From an uncultured Actinomycetota bacterium (lineage in GTDB: Bacteria; Actinomycetota; Actinomycetes; JAFAQI01), in NCBI GenBank assembly GCA_963770565.1, contig CAVYQE010000001.1:960001-1024000 (forward strand): DNA of 64,000 nucleotides, written 5' to 3'. A program made the translations under genes and the position numbers. The notes under the pieces are model-generated. The model was not told where the DNA came from and searched no databases. It saw only the letters and a program-made list of their open reading frames with translations. Below are positions 11,163-20,437 of this stretch, in pieces. Position 1 is the stretch's first letter. Each line of letters begins with the position of its first letter.

Positions 11163-11441
11163 GTGAGCGCTGGCAGACCTCCGCATGAGGACCGAGGCAT
11201 CAACTTTGGCGATCCGCCCGCGTCTCCAAGAGTACGAAGGTCCATAGCAATCTTCTTCATCGTTCTCGGGGTTATCGAGATCGCGGTCCCCGTGGCGATA
11301 GGAGTGGACAGGGCGACGTTCAAGGATGCGGCCATCACTCTTATCGCCGAAGGTGGCGTTGACTTCGCCCTTGCTTTGCTGACTCTTGTGGCCTACGGAC
11401 TGTGGATTGGGCTCAGGCGCAATCGACGAACCAGCTCCTGA
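11163..11441 (+). CDS. Small two-TM hypothetical protein
   Basis: Two hydrophobic helices; start uncertain. Confidence 0.4.
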   Translation: MSAGRPPHEDRGINFGDPPASPRVRRSIAIFFIVLGVIEIAVPVAIGVDRATFKDAAITLIAEGGVDFALALLTLVAYGLWIGLRRNRRTSS

Positions 11442-11463
11442 CGATTCGCGTGTAAGTGCCGTA

Positions 11464-13029
11464 CTATGCTGACGTCGCCTGTCAAGGGTTTGTGTTCTTT
11501 TCGTTCTTGTTCTTCGGTCGTCTCGCGCGATTCCTTCTGGCGGGCGGAAACGGGGTCAAGGTGGAGCGCTCTACTGGACGAACGACTTGACGCCGGCGCC
11601 GCTCACCAGATTCTTGTGCGCTGAGAAGAACGCCAGGTGTTTGTTCGTTAGCGCATGGCGTGTCCTCACCGGTCGTGGGTCTGATTGTGTCGACGGTTGA
11701 CGGTGAGAGCGCGCGGGCGCCAGGCTTACCTTGGCGCGCGGGCGCGTGCTGCGCCGGTCACAAGAGGAGTGATGGGGTGCCCGCGACGGGCATGAGGGTG
11801 CGACCGTTCAATCTAGTACGGGTCGTCCAGCGGGGCTGGCGAACAACGGCATATTGGGAGCTGGTCGCACCGGTCCCTAAGGTCTCGGTGGTGGGCTGGT
11901 AGGCGGACACGGTCACCGTCCCTCGTCGTTGGTTTGCTAGGTGGGAATCTAGATCCAGGCCTGGTCGCCGAGCGCACGTAGCTGGTGGTGACAGCGGCGT
12001 GCGAGTTTACGGGCGACGACAGCGCGCTCGACGCCACCGATGCGATGAGCTAATCGCAGGTAGTAGCCGTTGTCCGGGCTGGTCTTCTTGTGGGCATGCA
12101 GCGCCTCATAAAGCGCCAGCGCAGCACTGGTGGTCCTTGGCGGGTGAGCTCGGGCGGCCACGGTTCTTGCCGTCGGAGTCATAGACGGAGATGTCCAGTA
12201 CGGCGTGACGCACCGCTTGTCTAGACGCGGAGAACGGCGAGTGTCGCTGAGTTCTTCCCAGACCATCGTGGCGAGCAGCGCACCCAACGCGTACTCATGA
12301 GACAGCTCCCGCGGTCCAGGATGACGGCGACCAAACGCGGTGAGCTCCGCGCGCAGCGGCACCAGATCGGCGTCGATCGCCGCGATCATCCGCACCGCGA
12401 CGTCGACAGCCTGCGCGCCGACCGGGGACAGGTCCGGATCGTCAAGCTCGATCTGCACCGGTCTTCTCGCAACAGCTTGCCGTCAGGCTTGGGCACGCCC
12501 TGATGAAAGAAAGTGGCGTGGATCCGTTTCTGCCATGCCTGCTTGCCTGGACCAAATCCAGATACAGCCGCTTCTCCCGGATCTCCAGGACCTGCCGCGA
12601 CGGGATCCACGAGCGGGATTCACCCTTCTCCATAGCTCGAAGCTTGCGTGCATCGATCCGGTCGGTCTTCGCCCGCTGCTTACGGCTTCGTGCACCGGCC
12701 GCCTCGGCCGGATCAGCGACATGCACCTCGGCGCAGCGGCGAGACATTCCTCAGCGATGAACCGCGAACGGCGCAACCCTCCACCACCAGCTCGACCTTC
12801 TTCTCATCGAACTGAGCGAGCCACTTACGGAAACCGACCGGTCCGCCGGGCTGATCCGACCCCGCCCAGACTCCCCGTTATCGCAGTCCACCCAATCGAG
12901 GTGACGGTAGCCGATGAATGTCCAACGCTCCTACGATCGCCATACCTGGACCTCCTCCAGCTCCTGTTAGAGAACTGCACCTAGCGCAGATCCTTCTCTG
13001 TGCGGAGGGGGTCCGGCATATGTCATCTA
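11464..13029 (-). mobile_element. IS110-family element (IS1111-like layout: short left end, long right end)
   Basis: TAG at both junctions, TTGACA near the right end, ~480 nt non-coding 3' region, weak subterminal inverted repeat TATGC. Confidence 0.7.
11949..12943 (-). pseudogene. IS110-family recombinase, multiple frameshifts
   Basis: MAIVGALDIHR, VEG, RAKTDRIDAR, ...VARKLARRCHH; GGAGG RBS. Confidence 0.85.
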
Positions 13030-13254
13030 TTTTTCTTTTGCGACAAGGACATTGACCGAGCAGAACGAAGCCTCTTTGTTGTCAAGACGGTCGTGCAGCC
13101 GGCTGTGGGCATGGCGGTTTGACCCCTTGGCTGATCGCGGTCGAGGGGTTAGTTTCGGTGGGTCCGGGAGTGACTTTTCCGAACAGCCGGCTATCAGGGT
13201 GTGAGGCCGGCGACGCTGGCTAAGAGACGTCCCTGGTTGTCCTCCCGGACCCTT

Positions 13255-14273
13255 CTATGCGCGCTGGTCGGCGCGGAGCTTTTTGTAGACCGCGTCGCTG
13301 ATCTGTCGTTTCAACGCCCGTCGGGCTTCTTTGGGGCTCTTGCCTTCTTCGAGTTTGCGGTCGTAGTAGACCCGGCCTGGGGTGTCTCGTCGGATCTGGG
13401 TGACGGCGGCCATAGTGCAGGGCGTGGTTGAGCTGACGGTTCCCGCGGGTGTTGAGCCGGTGGCGGACCTTCGGTCCGGATGACGCCTCGATCGGCGCGG
13501 TGCCGTTGTAGCTCGCGTAGTGCCCGGCACTCGGGAACCGGGTGATGTCCCCGGAGTGCCCGATCAGCAGCGCGGCGACGATCGGACCAACCCCATAGAC
13601 GTCGGTGACCGACGTGCCGGAGGCGGTGACCGCGGTCGCGGTGCCTGGCTTTGACCTCGGCGATCGCCCGGTCGAGTCGGCGGACGTCGGCGACGAGGTC
13701 CGCGGCGAGCGCTTTGCGTTGCGTCTCGACCGCGGTGACCGGATGCACCCGGCGCAGGAACTCACTCGCCGCGTTGGCAGATAAGCGTTTCTGCACTCCA
13801 CCGGGAACCAACGCCGCGAGCAACGCATGCAGCCGACCGACCGCTTGAGTCCGTAAGGCGGTCAAGTCCTGGTGACGGTCAGCGAGCAACCGCAACACCA
13901 TCACGTGGTTCTCAGCGGTCACCGTCCGCAAGTGCGGATCACGCAGCGCCGCGATCGCCGTCGACAACGCGTCGTTCGGATCGTTCTTCGACCCGCGACC
14001 CGAACCCAGCAGCCGCACCCGCGCCGCTAACACCGGTGGCACGTCCACCACATCCTCACCGGCCGCCACCAGCTGCTGAGCAAGCAGGAACCCCAACCCG
14101 CCAGCAGACTCAATCGCCCAGGTCCGGAACTCATACGGCTGCGCGAACGCGAGCAACCGCTGCAACTGGCGACGATCCGCCCGAACCTTCAGCCGCGCCA
14201 ACTCCTTCTCATCACCATCGACCACCACCGCGGTATGCGAACTCTTATGCGGGTCGATACCGATCAACACCAT
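13255..14273 (-). pseudogene. IS110-family recombinase, two frameshifts (near 13650 and 13410)
   Basis: DEDD motifs GIDPHK, AIESAGG, KNDPNDA; ASSG serine; GNRQLNHALH. Confidence 0.9.
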
Positions 14274-14294
14274 GACCCCTCCTCGGGACATCGG

Positions 14295-14475
14295 GAACGG
14301 TCGCGCGGGCACTCCTGATATGACCGGTGCTCGCCTCTTTCGAGCCACGCCACGACCTAGGAAGCCCGGTGAGCCAGCGCTTCGTTCGAAAGCCAACCGG
14401 CACCGGTGACAGGCACTTCGTGAGCCAGCCCACCAGGCAACCCGGACGCTACGAGCACACGCTCAGCGTCCACAA
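14295..14475 (+). ncRNA. Candidate bridge RNA, antisense to the IS110 recombinase
   Basis: Guide-like CCTGATA and GCTTCGTTC match the target flank and donor end; each followed by a GAGCCA motif; ends approximate. Confidence 0.55.
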
Positions 14476-14596
14476 CCGAGCATCTATCAGGCACCTCGGT
14501 ATAGCTCAGGATTCAAGGTGCTCCTGGCGCGGGACGACCACTAGATGGAGCCGTCAAGGGACAGCAGGGCCATATCGTTGAAGGCAGGTACTGGAC

Positions 14597-15296
14597 GTGA
14601 AAGCCGTGGTTCTAGCCCTGCTTGTCGTCGGTTGGGCCGCCACACTCGCCGGTCAGGCGTGGCTGATCAACGGGCCAGTGGGTCAGCGAGGACGTGCGAA
14701 GCGACGACAACGAGCGACTGGTATTACTCAGCCGCCCGCCCGGGACACCGGCGGGTTCGGAGTGCCTGCAGATCCCGTCACCGCGCCTGTCCGGTGGGCT
14801 GAACGGCACCCGCTGTCGAGTGCGCTAAGCGTGGCCGTCGGTGCCGCCGTCGGAGCCGGGTTGGTGATGCTCGGCTTTTCCGCGTTGGGATGGAGCGTCC
14901 ATCCCGGTGCGACGCTCGGGCTTGTGGCGATCGTGGTCGTGGCGTGCCTGTCTCTGACGGCTTGGCGTGCGGACAATCGGCACCCGTCGACTGCCCGGAT
15001 ACTCGCCACGTATGCGATTGCCGGGGTGTGTGTTCTCTTTCCCCTCGTTCAGCTCGTCGACGCGCAGGCCACAGGGCACAGCCAAGGAGCAGGAGCATCG
15101 GGACCGCATATCGACGTTGCCAGCCCGGCGTACCAGGCCGGTTATCAGCGGACTACGCGACACCAGCAAGGCCGGCAGCAACCTCCAATCGTGCGTTGAC
15201 GGGTGGCTACTCGTCCCAAAGCCCGTAGAACCCGCCTGGGGAACCTCAACGGAATATTTCGCTGGCTGCCGTGCAGCGACTGCAGCCGCCCAGTAA
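14597..15296 (+). pseudogene. Hypothetical membrane protein, frameshifted C-terminus
   Basis: Four hydrophobic segments; reading continues in other frames to 15296. Confidence 0.45.
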
Positions 15297-15462
15297 CCGA
15301 TCCTCAACCCAGAGGGATCGGACAGAACGCCGGCTCGGTCCGATCGAGTGCGGCCTCGGTATCGAACAGAACAGTCTGCTATCCGTCGCGTCCGTCGAGG
15401 ACCTTGGTCGATCCCACTGGCCGTCGCGACATCACTTGGAGTACGACCCGCGGCGATAAGAA

Positions 15463-15487
15463 AAAGCCCGGAAAAGCCCGAAGATCA
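15463..15487 (+). repeat. Putative integrase arm-type site (right)
   Basis: Identical 25-mer to 1141-1165. Confidence 0.7.
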
Positions 15488-15633
15488 ACAATTCTGGTCG
15501 GTAAACGGCGGCTGACGGTGGTCAACACCGGCACCCAGCAGGAAAAGCGTTTTCGCAGGTCAGCACGCATAAAGTGGTCGTCGAACAAGCTCTGCCGCAG
15601 GTCAGAGCCGAGAGGCGATTTTGGCTTTCGGCA

Positions 15634-15670
15634 GGTTCGATTCCCGGCACCTCCACCGATTCGACGGTCG
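15634..15670 (+). repeat. attR core (displaced ssrA 3' end)
   Basis: 37-bp identity to 1040-1076. Confidence 0.95.
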
Positions 15671-15676
15671 CACCAA

Positions 15677-15753
15677 GCAATGTGACATCGCCCCCACAGA
15701 GTGCTGGGGGAAGTCACATTGCCCCCACGAAGTGCGGGGCAATGTGACATTGC
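15677..15753. repeat. REP-like alternating palindrome cluster
   Basis: GCAATGTGAC / GTCACATTGC / GCAATGTGAC with C-run and G-run arms. Confidence 0.65.
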
Positions 15754-15763
15754 TTTGTACGGG

Positions 15764-16642
15764 CTAGTGGGCGGTTGCGGGCAAGAGGTAGGTCGCACTG
15801 GGCCGGTGGCCGACAACGACCACGGGGACCCGGGCCTGCGCGGCGAGGGAGTGCACGAAGGTTCGCTCGGAGCGATCGTTGCGCCCCGAGTTGCCGATCA
15901 CGAGGAGCGCCCGTTGCTGCTCGGCAATCTCGATCAGCCCCTCGACGGTGCGGTGAGACTGATCGATGCTGCGCGCGGCGTCCTCGGCGGGCAGCACCCG
16001 CCGCAACCAACCGGCAAATGACGGGCCGAAGAACGTTCCTGAACGCGCACCTGCCAGGCCAGCGCCCATCGGTACGACGATCAGTTCCACCTGGCGGCGC
16101 CGCGCCTGCGCCGCGGCCCAGTGCAAGGCCGTCGCGGATGCCTCCGACTGCGCGACGCCGCACACGATGGCGGCTGGCGGGGAGTCGGTCGTGCCCTCCG
16201 GCACGACCAGCACCGGGCAGTGCCCGCGGTCGACCACGATTCGCGAGGTTGCGTCGATGGTGACGACCCTCGGTGAGTTGGACCGGGCGATTCCCACCAC
16301 AACCAGCGAGGCGTCGAGCGAGCAGCAGAGCAGCTCGACCGCGAGCGGCTGGGACGCGATGCGTACGTCGATGACCTTCAGGCCGGAGCGGGCATGGCTG
16401 GCCTGGACCATCAGCTGGGCGATTGCCGCGAGTCGCTCCTTGAGGGTCAAGCCATCGGCTTGCCTGCCTTGTGCAGCCCGCTGGTCGGGCGGCACCCGAA
16501 CGATCGTCAAGCGAGTGCCGCGAATCCGTGCCTCGCGCGCCGCGACCCGGAGCGCTGCATTGCCGGCATCGGTCGGCGTGTAGCCGACCACGACCGGCCG
16601 GCCGTCGGTCGTCTCGTCGCGCCAGCAATCGTCATCGTTCAT
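15764..16642 (-). CDS. Tandem-domain universal stress protein (degenerate)
   Basis: PVVVGY...AAREA, HCPVLVVP, IVCGV...ALHWAA, VPVVVV. Confidence 0.85.
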   Translation of the reverse strand: MNDDDCWRDETTDGRPVVVGYTPTDAGNAALRVAAREARIRGTRLTIVRVPPDQRAAQGRQADGLTLKERLAAIAQLMVQASHARSGLKVIDVRIASQPLAVELLCCSLDASLVVVGIARSNSPRVVTIDATSRIVVDRGHCPVLVVPEGTTDSPPAAIVCGVAQSEASATALHWAAAQARRRQVELIVVPMGAGLAGARSGTFFGPSFAGWLRRVLPAEDAARSIDQSHRTVEGLIEIAEQQRALLVIGNSGRNDRSERTFVHSLAAQARVPVVVVGHRPSATYLLPATAH

Positions 16643-16956
16643 GGGCTCTCCGATTGATCGGGCTAGGCACCACTGTGGCGGAGGCCGGTGACTGATCGGA
16701 AGTGCCGAAGGGTGAGTTGTCAGGGGGCAAATGGCGTCGGTCGCTTGGTGGACAGCACGCGGTCGCCGGTGTTGACAACGTGCTCCACTGAGTAGACGGA
16801 GCCCGGTCAATCTCGTGATGCGTCACAACGAGGTGACCACTCATCGGCACGGCGCGCGGATCCGTACGGGTGAGCACCGAGATCGGGTGAGCTGTGACGC
16901 CCGTCCCTGATGAGGCCTATGAGCGATGTTTGCGTCGGCGGACCTTGGGAATCGCC

Positions 16957-19266
16957 ATGACCCAGACTCAGTCCGCCGCGGCTGAAGAGCGAGCGCTGGC
17001 GGCGATCGTCAGGTCGTCGCACGACGCAGTGATCGCCAAGACCGTCGACGGAATCGTCACCGCCTGGAATCTTGGGGCGACGCTGCTCTATGGCTATCCG
17101 GCTGATCACATGCTGGGCGAGAGCATCGAGCTGACGATCCCGCCGGAACATCTGGACGAGGAACGGGCCCGACACGCACGTGTCGCGCAAGGACATCCGG
17201 AGAGCGGATACCAATGCGTGCGCTTGCGAGCGGATGGTCGCCCGATCCGGGTGGTCATGTCGATGTCTCCGGTGCGCGACGATGACGGCACCGTCGTCGG
17301 CGTTGCCACGATTTCGCGGCCGGTCAGTGACCAGGAGGGCGCCAACGCGCGATTTGCCTCACTGCTCGAGGCAGCGCCGGACGCGATGGTGTGCGTCGAC
17401 GAGTCGGGGCGGATCGAGCTGGTCAACGCCGCGACCAGCACAATGTTCGGATACGCGAGGTCCGAGCTGATCGGTGCCTCGTTGGAGATGCTGATCCCGG
17501 ACGAGCTTCGCAACCTCCATCGCCAGCATCGCGCGGAGTTCTTCCGGGAGCCGACGCCGCGCGCGATGGGTGTCGGGCTGTCGTTGGAGGCCCGGCGCCG
17601 CGACGGTTCGACGTTCCCGGTCGAGGTCAGCCTTGCGGTCGACAAGAGCGGGGAGTCGCTGGCGATCGCCGCGGTACGGGACGTCACTGAAGCGCGTGAG
17701 ATTGCGGCCGCGTTGAGCGAGAGTGAGACGCAGCTGCGTCAGCTCGCTGAGAACGTCGACACGGTGTTCGCGCTCTACCAGATCGATCCGCTCGAATACC
17801 TCTACATCAGCCCTGGATTTCAGAAGCTGACCGGATGGACCCCGGAGGAGCTCAAGGCCGACCCCTCCCTGCCGACCGCCGTCATTCACCCGGACGACCG
17901 GGAGCGCTGGCACACCTCGTTCTTCGCACCCAGCCAGGTCGGGTTGCCGGCGATGTCGGAGCACCGCATCATTCGCGCCGACGGTCAGGTTCGGTGGGTG
18001 CGCTCGTTCGCGAGCATTGTCCCTAACCCGCACGGTCGCCCCGAACGCATCGTGACGACCACCGAGGACATCACCGATCGGGTGGAGGCAGCGCAGGCAC
18101 TTCAGGAGGCCGAGTCCACCGCCCGCGCGGCCAACGACGCCAAGAACGAGTTCCTGTCCCGGATGAGCCACGAGCTGCGGACGCCACTGAACGCCGTGCT
18201 CGGATTCGGTCAGCTGCTCGAGCACCACCTCGTCGAGTCGGAGTATTCCGACTTCGCCCGGCACGTGGTTCGGGCCGGCCGGCACCTGCTGGATCTGATC
18301 AACGAGGTCCTCGACATCGCCAGGATCGAGTCCGGCGAGATGTCGGTCAGCCCTGAGCCGGTGGCGGTAGCCACGATCGTCGGCGAGACCGCACTGCTGA
18401 TGCAACCACTCGCCGAAGCTGCCGGGATAACGATCTCCGTGATCCCCGGCCCACTGACCGAGTACGCCCTCGCCGATCGTCAGCGGCTCCGTCAGATCCT
18501 GCTCAACCTGATCTCCAACGCGGTGAAGTACAACCGGGTGGGCGGTGGGGTCTGGCTGAGCTGGTCGGCAGCCGGCGACGACGAAGTGTCGATCACCGTG
18601 CGTGACGACGGGCCGGGAATCTCCCCCGACCTCTACGAGCGCTTGTTCGTTCCGTTCGATCGGCTCGGCGCCGAGGCCAGCGGAATCGAGGGCACCGGAG
18701 TGGGCCTCACCGTGACGCGCGGTCTCACCGAGCTCATGAACGGCACGCTGCGCTTCGAGTCGGCCGTCGGAAAGGGTACGACGTTCATGGTCGGCCTCCC
18801 GACCGCTCACGAGCCGCTTGCCTCGATCCCCGAGCACGTGGCGCCCAAGCCACACGATCCCGCGGTCGCCGGGTCGGCGACCGTCCTCTACATCGAGGAC
18901 AACGAGCCGAACGTTCGGGTGATGGAGTCAGTGCTGGCGCTACGACCGGAGTGGCGGCTCATCCATGCCGGGCTGGCGAGCCTCGGTCTCGAGCTGGCCC
19001 GGTCGCAGGAGCCGGACTTGATCCTGCTCGACGTCCACCTGCCGGACAGCTCGGGCCAGGACGTTCTGGCCTCGTTGAAGAGCGACCCACGCACCGCCGA
19101 CGTCGATGTCGTCGTACTCAGTGCCGACGCCAGCAACCAGCAGGTCAAGCGGCTGCTGGCGGCCGGCGCCGCGCAGTACATCACCAAGCCGCTGGACCTC
19201 ACCGAAGTGCTGGCGATCCTCGATCGCACCGCCGCTGAGAAGGCGGGGTCTCAAGGCGATGCATGA
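16957..19266 (+). CDS. Cytoplasmic hybrid histidine kinase (3 PAS-HisKA-HATPase-REC)
   Basis: FLSRMSHELRTPLN, NLISNAVKY, DDGPG, GTGVGL; C-terminal receiver IEDN...LLDVHLP...TKP. Confidence 0.93.
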   Translation: MTQTQSAAAEERALAAIVRSSHDAVIAKTVDGIVTAWNLGATLLYGYPADHMLGESIELTIPPEHLDEERARHARVAQGHPESGYQCVRLRADGRPIRVVMSMSPVRDDDGTVVGVATISRPVSDQEGANARFASLLEAAPDAMVCVDESGRIELVNAATSTMFGYARSELIGASLEMLIPDELRNLHRQHRAEFFREPTPRAMGVGLSLEARRRDGSTFPVEVSLAVDKSGESLAIAAVRDVTEAREIAAALSESETQLRQLAENVDTVFALYQIDPLEYLYISPGFQKLTGWTPEELKADPSLPTAVIHPDDRERWHTSFFAPSQVGLPAMSEHRIIRADGQVRWVRSFASIVPNPHGRPERIVTTTEDITDRVEAAQALQEAESTARAANDAKNEFLSRMSHELRTPLNAVLGFGQLLEHHLVESEYSDFARHVVRAGRHLLDLINEVLDIARIESGEMSVSPEPVAVATIVGETALLMQPLAEAAGITISVIPGPLTEYALADRQRLRQILLNLISNAVKYNRVGGGVWLSWSAAGDDEVSITVRDDGPGISPDLYERLFVPFDRLGAEASGIEGTGVGLTVTRGLTELMNGTLRFESAVGKGTTFMVGLPTAHEPLASIPEHVAPKPHDPAVAGSATVLYIEDNEPNVRVMESVLALRPEWRLIHAGLASLGLELARSQEPDLILLDVHLPDSSGQDVLASLKSDPRTADVDVVVLSADASNQQVKRLLAAGAAQYITKPLDLTEVLAILDRTAAEKAGSQGDA

Positions 19267-20437
19267 GTCACTCGCCCCCTTTGCCACCATGTCGGTCCTC
19301 GTCATCGACGACAACCCGGTCAACGTCGACCTGCTGAAGTCGCTGCTCAGGGCCGAAGGAATCTCGCGGGTGATCTGCGAGACCGAGGCCCGTCGGGTCG
19401 CCGGGATCCTTCCGCTCGTCAATCCGGATCTCATCCTGCTCGACCTCCACATGCCGCATGTCGATGGCTACGCCGTACTGGATGAGATCCGGGAGTTCGC
19501 CGCCGGGACCTACCTGCCGGTTCTGGTGGTCACGGCCGACTCGACCCCGGAGGCCCGCAACCGCGCGCTGTCGCACGGTGCGCGCGACTTCCTTACCAAG
19601 CCGCTCGACATCACCGAGATCACCTTGCGGATCGCGAACCTGCTACAGACCCGTCAGCTGTACGCCGACCTGCGCCGAGCCGTCGGCAACACCAACGGCA
19701 AGGTCGACCTGGACCAACCGGTGGTGCGCAACCTCATTCAAACCGTGATCGACGGCCGCCGGATCGCGCCGTTCTTCCAACCGGTCATCGACATCGACGA
19801 CCACGTCACGGTCGGCTACGAGGCGCTGGCCCGGTTCGTCCAGCCGAGCAGTCGCGGACCGGCCGGCTGGTTCGAGGACGCCCATCAGGTCGGACTCGGT
19901 GTCCGGCTCGAGTGGCTCGCCGTCATGCAGGCGTTGCCCTTCCTGGACACGATCCCACCGGACTGCTTCCTTGCCCTGAACATGTCGCCGGCCACGATCC
20001 TTCAGCTGCAGCACCAGGAGCTGTGCAGCGCAGAGATGTGTCCGCAGATCGTCATCGAGCTGACCGAGCATGTGCCGGTCGAGGACTACTCGGCGCTCCA
20101 CGCGGCGCTGCGGGAGATTCGTGAGAACGGCGCCCGACTGGCCGCCGACGATCTCGGCGCGGGGTACGCCGGCTTCCGCCACCTGATCGCTCTTGAGCCG
20201 GACATCATCAAGCTCGACATGTCCTTGGTCAGCGGCATTCACCGCAATCGGGTCGGGCGGGCGCTGTCCCGTGCCTTGGTCGCGTTTGCGAGCGATGTCG
20301 GAGCGGTGGTCATCGCCGAAGGGGTCGAGGACGCCGAAGATCTGGAGGAGCTGCGCAGTATCGGCGTCCATTGGGCTCAGGGTTACCTCCTTGGCCGCCC
20401 GGCGCCCTTGCCGCACAATGGGGCACGAGTCCCATGA
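19259..20437 (+). CDS. Response regulator with EAL phosphodiesterase domain
   Basis: REC IDDN, LLDLHMP, TKP; EAL motifs YEALARF, IELTE, DDLGAGY, IKLD, AEGVE, QGY. Confidence 0.92.
   Translation: MHESLAPFATMSVLVIDDNPVNVDLLKSLLRAEGISRVICETEARRVAGILPLVNPDLILLDLHMPHVDGYAVLDEIREFAAGTYLPVLVVTADSTPEARNRALSHGARDFLTKPLDITEITLRIANLLQTRQLYADLRRAVGNTNGKVDLDQPVVRNLIQTVIDGRRIAPFFQPVIDIDDHVTVGYEALARFVQPSSRGPAGWFEDAHQVGLGVRLEWLAVMQALPFLDTIPPDCFLALNMSPATILQLQHQELCSAEMCPQIVIELTEHVPVEDYSALHAALREIRENGARLAADDLGAGYAGFRHLIALEPDIIKLDMSLVSGIHRNRVGRALSRALVAFASDVGAVVIAEGVEDAEDLEELRSIGVHWAQGYLLGRPAPLPHNGARVP

Larger units (their letters stand above)
13055..14482 (-). mobile_element. IS110-family element with two long non-coding ends
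   Basis: ACCGAGCA direct repeat at 13055-13062 and 14475-14482; TTGACA near the right end. Confidence 0.8.
1040..15670. mobile_element. Integrative mobilizable element (genomic island) inserted in ssrA 3' end
   Basis: 37-bp direct repeat at both ends; tyrosine integrase, xis, XRE regulator, MobF relaxase; no T4SS or phage structural genes recognised. Confidence 0.9.

Noticed and set aside
15634-15670. tRNA-like T-arm and acceptor end
   Set aside because: It is the duplicated ssrA 3' end (attR); there is no 5' half.
1040-15670. Prophage or self-transmissible ICE
   Set aside because: No capsid, terminase, tail, T4SS or FtsK/TraB genes were recognised.
15677-15753. Possible CRISPR mini-array
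   Set aside because: The repeats alternate in orientation, are only 10 bp, lack unique spacers, and no cas genes are present.
16643-16956. DosR box upstream of the first usp and the hybrid kinase
   Set aside because: Only weak partial matches (e.g. CAGGGGGCAAATGGCGTC); not convincing by eye.
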